A stretch of DNA of 64,000 nt from the NCBI GenBank assembly GCA_041739995.1, contig JBGSMV010000059.1:90429-154428 (forward strand), given 5' to 3'. How positions within the stretch are numbered: the first letter of the stretch is position 1; each line of letters opens with the position of its first letter. Positions 48,554-57,522 of this stretch are shown here, one piece after another. The notes beneath the pieces are model-generated. The model did no database searches and was not told the origin of the DNA. It saw only the letters and a program-made list of their open reading frames with translations. The DNA comes from Bdellovibrionota bacterium (lineage in GTDB: Bacteria > Bdellovibrionota_C > UBA2361 > JBGSMV01). Made by a program: the position numbers and the translations under genes.

Positions 48554-49779
48554 CGCCGCCGCAGCACCAACAGTCGGTGTGCATGCTCAGGTCCGCGCCC
48601 TCTCACCTGTTGCTGTACTCGAGCACCCTTAGGTCTATGAACAAGGGCACACTCAGGCTCCCAAAAACGTGAGAGCTCTTGTTCGACGAGCGACTTCAAA
48701 TCCTCATCGGGCAACCATGTGGCGCCACCCCTGCAAGGAACTTCTCGCAGACACAACACCGCCCGTCCGCCGGTTTTAGTAACCCGGGCAAGCTCCAGCA
48801 ATGATTCGTTCATGAAAACAAGCCACTGGCCTCTAGAACTCTGCGCCTCTGAAAAATTCTCGTCATCGCTCTTAAGTGATTCATCTAGACCGACCCCCTC
48901 TTCCGACCACAGCGCATCACGCACCGCTTGAGGATCAATGCCCGCAAACCACAGCCTCATCCAGTTATCCAAGCTCGCGTTGCGATCTCCTGGAATCGGA
49001 GGTGAAGTCAAAGCAAGCGAAGCGCTCGCACTTGGAATGAAAGACAGGTCTCTCGCGTCTCTCACAGAGAATTTACTCTGACGCTCGTGCTGAGTAAGAA
49101 CACTGGGAACGCCATCACGCAACAACATAGCTGCGCGACGCAAAAGGCGAGGTATCACCGCTCGGTACTCAGGACTCTGAGCACGCTTACGATTTATTCG
49201 CTCTTGCTCATCTGGACTGACGCTCATGTGCGGAAGTGAGTACACGGAAAGGAAGCCTGCGCTATGCCCATGCAGCAATCCAGAAGCGAGAAGCTCAATG
49301 AAGCGAGAAACCCGGTCGTCATGCTCTCGCAAATAGGATTTCAGTCCGAGAATCTCTCGGAAGGTATCAACGTCAAAAAAACTAGAGAATCCCCGACGGT
49401 ACTCCTCAATGCCGACGGGTCGCCTAAGATTAAGCAACTGCAGACGTAAAGTGACTTCTGTAATGTCAGCCGGCTGCACTTTCGCACGTACCGCTCGGAC
49501 CATAAGCGGATTTGCGTCGCTTCCAAGCGCAATTCGTCCTCCAAGCAGCGCTTCGAGCATATGGGTACCGCCACCCATGAATGGGTCAACGACTACGTCA
49601 CCTCGACGACTGAATTTTGAGAGTGCGAACTGGGAAACTTCAGGGGCGGTCTGACCATTATAGCTAAGCGCATAGTGCAGCGAGTGAGCACTTCGCGCCG
49701 CAGTAGGCGCCCAAAGCTCATCCTCTTCGACGAAGTAGGAGGGCTTTTCCACCAAACGTAATGCGGCTCGTGCGGCCAT
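48550..49779 (-). CDS. DNA methylase (N4/N6-type)-like protein with altered catalytic motif
   Basis: Motif I VVDPFMGGGT, GSDANP; motif IV reads TSPPI rather than TSPPY; ELARVTKTGG. Confidence 0.78.
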   Translation of the reverse strand: MAARAALRLVEKPSYFVEEDELWAPTAARSAHSLHYALSYNGQTAPEVSQFALSKFSRRGDVVVDPFMGGGTHMLEALLGGRIALGSDANPLMVRAVRAKVQPADITEVTLRLQLLNLRRPVGIEEYRRGFSSFFDVDTFREILGLKSYLREHDDRVSRFIELLASGLLHGHSAGFLSVYSLPHMSVSPDEQERINRKRAQSPEYRAVIPRLLRRAAMLLRDGVPSVLTQHERQSKFSVRDARDLSFIPSASASLALTSPPIPGDRNASLDNWMRLWFAGIDPQAVRDALWSEEGVGLDESLKSDDENFSEAQSSRGQWLVFMNESLLELARVTKTGGRAVLCLREVPCRGGATWLPDEDLKSLVEQELSRFWEPECALVHRPKGARVQQQVRGRGPEHAHRLLVLRRR

Positions 49780-49817
49780 AGCGATGCTCGAAGTTTCAGA
49801 GCTTTAAACCGTATTCA

Positions 49818-49846
49818 CAGTGGCACCGAACTCTTTAGTGCCACTG
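49818..49846. promoter_or_regulatory. Inverted repeat CAGTGGCAC-N11-GTGCCACTG; candidate operator or hairpin
   Basis: Perfect 9-bp arms about 40 nt upstream of the methylase-like gene, in a divergent intergenic region. Confidence 0.5.
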
Positions 49847-50038
49847 CATCGGAATGCTTAGAGGGGACAATATACGGAGCCCTCCCCTTGTTCGCTACAG
49901 GAAATCTAACCTGCTGGAGTTCAAACAGAATTATTTATTTAGAGACCGCCGCCAGGCTCTACGACGTGAGGATAAGAGCTTGAAATGTCTTGGGTGCTCA
50001 GTGAGACTCAGCGCCTAACGCGAATCTAGCCGTCCACT

Positions 50039-50869
50039 ATGCCGACCTTCATCGACACCCACGTGCACTTTTATCCGAGCTTTTCGCTGCCCACAGCGAT
50101 TAATGCCTGCTTCGATCGGGTCCCCGTAGTGGGACCTCAACCTCGAGACGGTCTAATCCGCGTTTGGATGCTTGCGGATCGTCAGGGACAGTCTTCGCTA
50201 GACCTCTGGCGCAATCAAGCTGCCAGCGCGTCAAGCGGCGTCGCAGTGACCGAACACGCACCCGCGTGCGTCGAACTGACGTTAGGTCAGCGAAGAGTCT
50301 TTGCGGTATCTGGTCGCCAACTGATATCGAGTGAGGGAATTGAAATATTAACTTGGCCCCTCACCACAGTGCCCGACCGAGCGCTTACTCTCGAAGAGGC
50401 TCTCAAAGAACTTGTTTCACGAGACTCGATAACGATTTTGCCCTGGTCGCCCGGCAAGTGGAGAGGCGCACGATTAGGACAGATTGAAAATGCGATCGAG
50501 CGCTATCCGGATTCTGTATGGCTTGGTGACACGCCGCTGCGCGTTTCACTCTTAAAAAACTTCAGCACACTTGAAACTCTGCTGAGGACTCCAAAGCCTC
50601 TTGTCGCGGTGGCTTCTCAGAGAGTTCTTTGGGGCTCCGACCCGCTACCGCTCCCTCATGAGGACTCGACCTTAGGGAGCTTCGGAATAGTATCCGCCGC
50701 CACTTTCGCCCCCACCACCGCCATCCCCAGCCTTCGTTCCATGCTGTCTTCCCCTTTCACTTGTCAGGGAGCGAGGAATTCTCTCTTCGAAGCAACAAGG
50801 CGATGGACCAGCCTAGCCCTAAGGTCTCGACTTATGAAACGCAAAACACCGGCCCTTTGCACTGAATAG
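50039..50869 (+). CDS. Hypothetical PHP/amidohydrolase-like metalloprotein
   Basis: N-terminal IDTHVH, GRQLISSEGIE, LPWSPGKW, GSDPLP. Confidence 0.6.
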   Translation: MPTFIDTHVHFYPSFSLPTAINACFDRVPVVGPQPRDGLIRVWMLADRQGQSSLDLWRNQAASASSGVAVTEHAPACVELTLGQRRVFAVSGRQLISSEGIEILTWPLTTVPDRALTLEEALKELVSRDSITILPWSPGKWRGARLGQIENAIERYPDSVWLGDTPLRVSLLKNFSTLETLLRTPKPLVAVASQRVLWGSDPLPLPHEDSTLGSFGIVSAATFAPTTAIPSLRSMLSSPFTCQGARNSLFEATRRWTSLALRSRLMKRKTPALCTE

Positions 50870-50906
50870 CGGGGTCGCGCTAAGCTCGGAGCATTACGAG
50901 GTTTCG

Positions 50907-52280
50907 ATGCTTTCCAACAATATGCCTTCAAACACCGCGCCCTCAAAGAACGTGCTTTCGAAAATCACCCTGCTTGGCTCGTCATCGGGCCGCAATGCCG
51001 GTGATGCGGCACTCATTTCTGGAATTATGGACTCAATCGACCGCGAGCTGGGTGAGCGCTTGTTGTACGAGATCCCTACCATTCGACCGCAGTTTATTTA
51101 CGACACCTACAAGAACAGGGTCCGGCCGATTTCTATGCTTCCCTGGGCTGGCTCTATAAAAATGTTCGGTGTGCCTACTCTCTCGTCAATTTTTCGCACC
51201 GATATGTCGCTTATTTTCGATGCGATTCTATTCGACCGACAACTCTACAATCCTCTTTTCAATTATCTCTCGACCCTGCGCCTGATGCTTCCTGCCGCCC
51301 ACAAACGCGGTAAGCGCTTAGGCTGCTATAACGTTGGCGTCGGCCCGGTCACCACTCCTGCCGGTCAAAAGATGCTAAGAGAAATCTGCGCTCTTATGTC
51401 CTTCATAACCGTCAGGGACGAGGACTCATTAAAGATCCTTCGTTCAATTGACGTACCTGACGACAATATTCTGGTCACGGCGGATGCGGCGCTTGGAGTT
51501 TCTGCCTGCTCTAGTGCTCGTACTGATGAAATCATGACTCAATGTGGAATGCACGGCGCCACCGAGATTCTGGCTTTGAATATTAGTAAGTACCTCGACA
51601 CCTGGGCCTCAGCCGATCGCACTCCAATGGGCAAGGAACGCTTCATACAAGTATACAGTGAGGCCCTGAACCGCGTCCTGGAGACTCTCAAGGTACCAGT
51701 GCTCTTCGTCTGCACCCAGCACCATGACGTTGCAGTCACGCGCGAGTTAATGAAACACGTTCGCTCTCGGGAAGTCGTTTCGTTGATCTCAAATCAAGAA
51801 CTTAGTCATTTCGAAATCAAAGGCGTGCTCTCTCGCGTCTCTTTGTTGTTTGGCATGCGCTTACACGCCGTAATACTAGCCTCTTCCGAACTGACTCCGG
51901 TCGCGGCGCTCCCGCATCAGCCCAAGGTAAATCATTTTCTTAAGACCCTTGGACTTGAAAAGCAGGCTATTTCTTTTACGGACTTTACGGTCGACGCCCT
52001 CAGCGACCACCTGCTAAACGCATGGAACACTCGCGCCGCGACTAAGGAGCAATTAAAAGCCCGCATTCCAGGCCAGATCGTCCGCTCCCAGGTTGCTGCA
52101 AAACTGATCGCTGGAATTCATAATGGGACTCAGGTTCCGTCCTTGATCTCTTCGCTTCGGCGCTCGCTGGATTCGGCATCACCCTCTAGCACAACTTCTT
52201 CGACACATCAGCCGAACGCTGTGGCAGCTTCGGCAAGCAAGGGCAGTTCGATTGAAATTGGCGGAATTCTCGGTTCCTAG
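50907..52280 (+). CDS. Polysaccharide pyruvyl transferase family protein
   Basis: NAGDAA, VGVGP, ITVRDEDS, TADAA, GMRLHAVI. Confidence 0.9.
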   Translation: MLSNNMPSNTAPSKNVLSKITLLGSSSGRNAGDAALISGIMDSIDRELGERLLYEIPTIRPQFIYDTYKNRVRPISMLPWAGSIKMFGVPTLSSIFRTDMSLIFDAILFDRQLYNPLFNYLSTLRLMLPAAHKRGKRLGCYNVGVGPVTTPAGQKMLREICALMSFITVRDEDSLKILRSIDVPDDNILVTADAALGVSACSSARTDEIMTQCGMHGATEILALNISKYLDTWASADRTPMGKERFIQVYSEALNRVLETLKVPVLFVCTQHHDVAVTRELMKHVRSREVVSLISNQELSHFEIKGVLSRVSLLFGMRLHAVILASSELTPVAALPHQPKVNHFLKTLGLEKQAISFTDFTVDALSDHLLNAWNTRAATKEQLKARIPGQIVRSQVAAKLIAGIHNGTQVPSLISSLRRSLDSASPSSTTSSTHQPNAVAASASKGSSIEIGGILGS

Positions 52281-52311
52281 TTCTAGCGCTACAGGAGCAC
52301 CGCGGGCGGTC

Positions 52312-53067
52312 TTAGCCTGACCGTCTCTTACGAAATCCGGCAATCACCGGATTACCAAAATATTTCCGTAACCCAAGCCGAGCGCCTGGAAACTCCAGCA
52401 ACGAGATGAGTGCGGGCGACTTAAGCGCACGATAGAGCACCAGAGGAAGTAGAAACTGCCCCTCCCTGAATATAGGCGTGAATCCGTGCTTGGCAAACTC
52501 GTCAACCACTTCGCGATGCGAGAACAGCCGAAAGTGTCGAGTGTTTCCCTCAAGGCGCTTTTTTAACGGAAAAAAGATCGAGTACAAAAGATTAGAACTC
52601 AAGCTCGGTGGATAATCCACCACCACAAGGGAGTTACTCAGACGACATAACTCAGCAATCAATGCGCGCCACTCGCTAAAATGCGGGAGTTGCCGAAGAC
52701 AGGTGACCACTTCAAATGATTCTGCCGCCAGCCCTGACGCATGCAGCGCGCCAATAGAAGCAGCCACACGCTGATCCGCAACAGCCTCAGCAACTTGTCC
52801 CAACGCTTCCACGGAACTCGCCAGTACGGTTAGGCCCATCGACAGATCGGCCGTCAGGGCCGCTACAACCTGCCCGTGCCCCCCTCCCACATCAAGAAGT
52901 CGCAACTGAGGACTCTCGCTCCTCTCTGTCCCAAGGTCTTCTCGCACTAGCGCTAGAACTTTCAGGAGCAGCTCAGATTGCCTTTTCAGCAGGACACGGC
53001 CGACCGACCCGGCGAAGCGCTCGGCATATTCATTTGTCGCAGACTCTCGGTCCGGATACTCTTCCAT
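52312..53067 (-). CDS. Class I SAM-dependent methyltransferase
   Basis: LLDVGGGHG, FEVVTCLRQLPH, LIAELCR. Confidence 0.85.
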   Translation of the reverse strand: MEEYPDRESATNEYAERFAGSVGRVLLKRQSELLLKVLALVREDLGTERSESPQLRLLDVGGGHGQVVAALTADLSMGLTVLASSVEALGQVAEAVADQRVAASIGALHASGLAAESFEVVTCLRQLPHFSEWRALIAELCRLSNSLVVVDYPPSLSSNLLYSIFFPLKKRLEGNTRHFRLFSHREVVDEFAKHGFTPIFREGQFLLPLVLYRALKSPALISLLEFPGARLGLRKYFGNPVIAGFRKRRSG

Positions 53068-53139
53068 CGAGCTAACTTTTTTTCAAACCCTACGGAGGTG
53101 CTCTCCACCTTCCCCGCCGCCTAATGTAGACTCAGCCAC

Positions 53140-54693
53140 ATGTCCGCACCAGCATCAGACATCACAAAGAGCCAACTTCTGCGCATCCTTCCTGAGGAGT
53201 CTCTTTTGCGTAGAACTTCCCCCTCGCAGTCAAGCGAGCAGGGCCTGAATACTCCGAGCGCGTTTCTCCAAGGGTTAGGAAGTTCTCCGAAAGACAGCCC
53301 CGCCATTCCCCGAGCGCTGCGTTCGCTTGCTCAAATTATTGACGGCGGCCTTTGCCATCGATGTGGCTCTTGCATCGGCATCTGCCCCACTAAGGTGCTT
53401 GAGCTCGACAAGGAAGAATATCCAAAGGTCGCCCACCTCTCAGCGTGCACCGATTGCGATCTTTGCGTTCGAGTCTGTCCTGGAGATGAGTTTGACTTAA
53501 ATCATTTTCACCGCGCTCATTACAATACTGACGCTGCGCTAGACGACACCCACGGTCCGTTTCAGCGCGGAGTACTAGCGCACAGCACCGACCCAGAGAT
53601 CAGAGAGCATTCCACCAGCGGTGGACTTGTCACCGCTATCCTCTTGCATCTGATTGAGACCAAGCAAATTGACGGTGCACTTACCATCGGCTCAGACCCC
53701 ACTACGCCATGGCGTGGCAAGCCAATGGTGGCCAAGACTAAAGAAGAACTTCTGTCCACGATGAAATCGAAGTACGCGATTTCACCCACCAACGAATCTC
53801 TGGCCTTTGTCCGAGAGAATCCTGGTCGCTACGCCATGGTAGGACTGCCCTGCCAGATTCACGGACTTCTTAAAGCTTCAGAACTTGACCCTCGCATCAA
53901 GGAGCGAGTGGTTTTGAGTATCGGCCTTTTTTGCCACGCCGCGATTGAACACGAAGCATTTGAAGTCATCTGGAAGAGCCTGGGCGAGCGCGCATCAAGA
54001 GTGCGCCGCTTCATCTCTCGAGTGGGCAAGCATCCGGGGACACCGTACGTCGAACTCGATGATGGGTCGCTCTACCCGGTCTACTTTGGCGATCGTTCAG
54101 GCTATCGCCCAAGTTCGATTGAAGTCATCAACGTGCTCTACCGACTCTACACTCCGGTGCGCTGCACGACCTGTTTTGACGGCCTGTCAGATTTTGCTGA
54201 CATTAGTGTGGGCGACCCGTGGATGGCGCCGCCAGATCGCTCTATTGATTTCTTCAAAGGCTGGAGCTTTGCACTCCTTCGCACCGCAAGAGGGGTCGCG
54301 GCCTACGACGCGCTACAGCAAGCAAACAAAGTAGAGTCATTCGAAATCACACGGCGCGAGGTGCTACAGTCCAATAAGCTCATGGCTTCCGAAAAACGCT
54401 GGCGAGCGTTTCGCATGATTGAGACTCATCGTCGTCAAGGAAAGCCTATTCCGCGCTATTACCCAGAACTCAAGGAACTTCCGCGACACACCGGAGTGCA
54501 GTTCGTAAAAACAGAGATGCATATTCTCTCTCACCTCTTTTGCTTTCTGCCAAATGTGCGTGCACGCGTACTGCAATTTATGCTGGCTCAGGGGTATTGG
54601 CTTTTCTGGTTAAACCATAAGAGGCGAGGACTCCGCACTCTTACGCGTGATTACCTCACCAGTTTACGAACAAAGCTCTTCGGTCGCGAATAG
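53140..54693 (+). CDS. Coenzyme F420 hydrogenase/dehydrogenase beta-subunit (FrhB/FdhB) family protein with N-terminal 2x[4Fe-4S] ferredoxin
   Basis: CHRCGSCIGICP, CTDCDLCVRVCP, STSGGLVT, GLPCQ, GLFC, RCTTCFD, ADISVGDPW. Confidence 0.88.
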   Translation: MSAPASDITKSQLLRILPEESLLRRTSPSQSSEQGLNTPSAFLQGLGSSPKDSPAIPRALRSLAQIIDGGLCHRCGSCIGICPTKVLELDKEEYPKVAHLSACTDCDLCVRVCPGDEFDLNHFHRAHYNTDAALDDTHGPFQRGVLAHSTDPEIREHSTSGGLVTAILLHLIETKQIDGALTIGSDPTTPWRGKPMVAKTKEELLSTMKSKYAISPTNESLAFVRENPGRYAMVGLPCQIHGLLKASELDPRIKERVVLSIGLFCHAAIEHEAFEVIWKSLGERASRVRRFISRVGKHPGTPYVELDDGSLYPVYFGDRSGYRPSSIEVINVLYRLYTPVRCTTCFDGLSDFADISVGDPWMAPPDRSIDFFKGWSFALLRTARGVAAYDALQQANKVESFEITRREVLQSNKLMASEKRWRAFRMIETHRRQGKPIPRYYPELKELPRHTGVQFVKTEMHILSHLFCFLPNVRARVLQFMLAQGYWLFWLNHKRRGLRTLTRDYLTSLRTKLFGRE

Positions 54694-54703
54694 CGTATTT
54701 TTG

Positions 54704-55924
54704 CTATTCGTTTCCCGCGCGTTTGTGCTGCACACTATTGGACATACGGTCATAAATCGCGTTCAAGGTCTCGTGAAAGCGCTCAAAGGTATAGCGCTCT
54801 TCAGCAAGCGCGCGCGCGGCGTCACCAATAGACGAGGCTTGCGCCGGGTCGCTGGCAAGCTCTTGCATGGCGCGACCGAAATCCTCTCGATTCGGCTCAG
54901 AAAGTTTAGCGATTTTGTCATCAAGCACCTGGGTATGCGTGGGCAGTCGGGTGGCAACTACGGGTACACCAGAGTGCAGATATGAATAAATTTTCATGGG
55001 GGTGTTGTTCCCCAGAGTGCGCGGCGAGACTAATGCGTCAGCCTGCGTCAGATACTCGTTCAACAAAGATATCGGACGTGGGCCAAGCAAGCGCACGCGC
55101 GCGGTCAAACCAAGCGCGTCTACCATACGTTGGTACTGCGCGATGTGGGCATCGTTGCCACCAATGATGGCGAGACGAATCTGAGGCAAGCGCTCTGCTG
55201 CAAGCCTAAAGCTCTCCACTAACAAGTCGATTCCCTGATAACGCTCCAGATTGCCGATATACAGAAAAATAAAAGTACTCTCGTCGCCCTCAATCTCTGT
55301 TCTTAACGAAACCTTGCTCTTGCTCGGGACCATCTCCCGGCCGGTAACGTCGTGTCTTAAAAATGAAATATCACTCAATACCTGAGTATCAGAAGATCCG
55401 TGACGCGCCGCAACTGCAGCGAGCGCATCGCAGACCGGGACCACCGCAATACTGTCCCGTACCGCTCTTCTTTCAATCCACTCGAGCAGCGGGAACAGAG
55501 GGCGCAATACCCACCATTTTTCGGTGAGTTGCAGCGCCAAGGACGAGTCCATGTCGTAGATATAGGGAATTCTGTAGCACTTAGAGATTACCCAGGCGAC
55601 GAATACAGATTCTTCAACTGCATGGACCAGGTCATATCTGTCCGCCTTACTGCGGCGAGCCATGAGAAAGGCCGTGATACAAAAGACCACATCGCACAGT
55701 AATTTCTTCACAGAAATACCGGGACCGATGCCCTTGATCCATGATGGCATCTTTATTCGTCGAAGGGTCATTCCAGGGATCTCAACGTCTTGCCCTTCGT
55801 GATAGGTGAGCAGATCTACTCGGTCGCCGCGACGTCCCGCGAGAACTTCGACTGCCAATCGCACCGCGATCGGAGTTCCACGTTCTTGAAAGAAAGGCTG
55901 AGGTGCAAGGAAGAGAATTCTCAC
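54704..55924 (-). CDS. Glycosyltransferase family 4
   Basis: MRILFLAPQPFF, YIGNLERYQGIDLL, SPRTLGNNTPMKIYSYL. Confidence 0.9.
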   Translation of the reverse strand: MRILFLAPQPFFQERGTPIAVRLAVEVLAGRRGDRVDLLTYHEGQDVEIPGMTLRRIKMPSWIKGIGPGISVKKLLCDVVFCITAFLMARRSKADRYDLVHAVEESVFVAWVISKCYRIPYIYDMDSSLALQLTEKWWVLRPLFPLLEWIERRAVRDSIAVVPVCDALAAVAARHGSSDTQVLSDISFLRHDVTGREMVPSKSKVSLRTEIEGDESTFIFLYIGNLERYQGIDLLVESFRLAAERLPQIRLAIIGGNDAHIAQYQRMVDALGLTARVRLLGPRPISLLNEYLTQADALVSPRTLGNNTPMKIYSYLHSGVPVVATRLPTHTQVLDDKIAKLSEPNREDFGRAMQELASDPAQASSIGDAARALAEERYTFERFHETLNAIYDRMSNSVQHKRAGNE

Positions 55925-55969
55925 CGATTTATCCTAACATCAGCCACGAACGAATACTCCTTACTTGCC

Positions 55970-56097
55970 AAGGGAACCTCTGAACAACTCGCGCTTCTAT
56001 CTTCGTGCGCTCTGTGGTCTTCGTGGTTTAATCAATTTTAGGACAATTTCAAGAGTTTGCTTGCACCACTAAGACTTAGATTTTCAGAGTTTCCCTA
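55970..56097 (+). mobile_element. MITE-like hairpin repeat, family B, copy 3; supplies the last codons and stop of the epimerase
   Basis: Terminal inverted repeats AGGGAACCTCTGAA / TTCAGAGTTTCCCT (13 of 14 match); internal stem GTCTTCGTGGT/ACCACTAAGAC. Confidence 0.8.
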
Positions 56098-57091
56098 GAA
56101 GCCCATGGCTACGGTACCACTGCACCACATCCCGCACTTCGCCCCGAACGTCTTGGCGCGGCGCGTAGCCCAGTTCCGCCTGAGCTCGGCTAATATCGAA
56201 AATGCGATTCTTCGCAAAAAAGTCCACGCGCCTTCGATATAGTGGCGGAGAAATTCCAAAAGGCTTGCAGATCGCTTCGCAGATACTTCCCGCCATTTGA
56301 AGCGGCTTAAGCGGGATATGCAGGCGAGACACCTTCACTCGAAGTTCTTGTGCAACAATATCGACGAATTCAAGAAATGAAAGAGGCTCACGTCCCGCGA
56401 TGCAATATATTTGACCATTCACCTCGCTGTGTTGCATGGCAAGGATGAACGAATCGACTAGGTCCCTCACGTCTACGTAGTGCACCCACTGGCGACCGGA
56501 GCCAACATGAAAAAATCTTCGCTTTGCGATAGCAAGGAACAGTTTTAGAAAGCGCGTATCTCCTGGTCCGTACACCATTCCCGGGCGAATAACGGCGCCG
56601 CTTATTTTCCCAGAGCGAAAGAACTCCAACGCAATCTTTTCCCCTTCGACCTTACTCTCCTGATAGACATCATCCGGAGCATAAGGTGTCTGGTCACTCC
56701 CTCTGCCCTCTTTTATATCGCCGAGCACTCCGCCCGTAGAACAGTGAATAAAACGCGGAACCCCCGCTGCTACCGAAGCTTCCAGCAACAACTTGGTACC
56801 TTCGGTATTGATCGCAAAAAAATCTCGGTCCGGAATATTGGTCTCACGGTAAACGGCCGCCACATGGAATACCCCACGCACTCCCTTAACCGCCTCTGCC
56901 AGACTTTTAGGATTGCGTAGTTCGCCTTCCACAAGCGAAACGCCACGCTCCTTGAGCGATGAGGCCTTGGCAGGGTTTCTCACCAGCGCACGCACTCGCA
57001 CTCCCCGAGAAACAAGCGTTTCAGCTAGCACCGACCCTACAAAGCCTGTGCCACCTGTCAGGAGATATTCGCCTTCCAAAACGTGTCCCAT
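56084..57091 (-). CDS. NAD-dependent epimerase/dehydratase (extended SDR)
   Basis: TGGTGFVG, FHVAA, HCST, YQESK, RPGMVYGPG. Confidence 0.93.
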   Translation of the reverse strand: MGHVLEGEYLLTGGTGFVGSVLAETLVSRGVRVRALVRNPAKASSLKERGVSLVEGELRNPKSLAEAVKGVRGVFHVAAVYRETNIPDRDFFAINTEGTKLLLEASVAAGVPRFIHCSTGGVLGDIKEGRGSDQTPYAPDDVYQESKVEGEKIALEFFRSGKISGAVIRPGMVYGPGDTRFLKLFLAIAKRRFFHVGSGRQWVHYVDVRDLVDSFILAMQHSEVNGQIYCIAGREPLSFLEFVDIVAQELRVKVSRLHIPLKPLQMAGSICEAICKPFGISPPLYRRRVDFFAKNRIFDISRAQAELGYAPRQDVRGEVRDVVQWYRSHGLLGKL

Positions 57092-57215
57092 TACTTAAGC
57101 TCGATTCTGAATTCCCCAGAGAGAAGGAGTCCGTACCTGATTGAATGAAGCATACCGTCCTGCGACACCACAACTCTCTTGCAGCACGCGGCACACTAGC
57201 CTTACACTAGCGGCA

Positions 57216-57377
57216 ATGGCAGGTTTCCTAAAGTCCGCAGCGCGTAATTTCGTCCTTATTACCCTGGCGGTAATCGTCCTTGCTATAGTTTTCAGCCGAT
57301 CGCAAGACGCGCGAGACTTACTTTCTCCGCCAGGCTCCCAGTTACCGCCAGGATTGACTCAAGATCCTCCGCGATAA
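57216..57377 (+). CDS. Possible small single-TM protein (53 aa)
   Basis: MAGFLKSAARNFVLITLAVIVLAIVFSR hydrophobic helix then Pro-rich tail; lies in an otherwise empty gap. Confidence 0.45.
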   Translation: MAGFLKSAARNFVLITLAVIVLAIVFSRSQDARDLLSPPGSQLPPGLTQDPPR

Positions 57378-57430
57378 CTCGGGTATTTTCGTGAGGAATC
57401 TGTGACATAGGGGTGATACGAGCAGTCCGC

Positions 57431-57460
57431 CGTGGCCTGGACTGTCGTGGCCTGGACTGT
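57431..57460. repeat. Tandem 15-bp repeat CGTGGCCTGGACTGT x2
   Basis: Exact copies at 57431 and 57446. Confidence 0.7.
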
Positions 57461-57522
57461 CATCGGCAGGCCCCGTATTCGAGAAGGCTCCAGCGGGACG
57501 TCGTCGTCTGTCGCACAGACTC

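Noticed and set aside
48550..49779. Restriction-modification system
   Set aside because: There is no endonuclease or specificity gene nearby, and motif IV is altered.
53140..54693. F420-reducing hydrogenase or methanogenesis
   Set aside because: No large or small hydrogenase subunits or maturation genes; the context is glycan biosynthesis.
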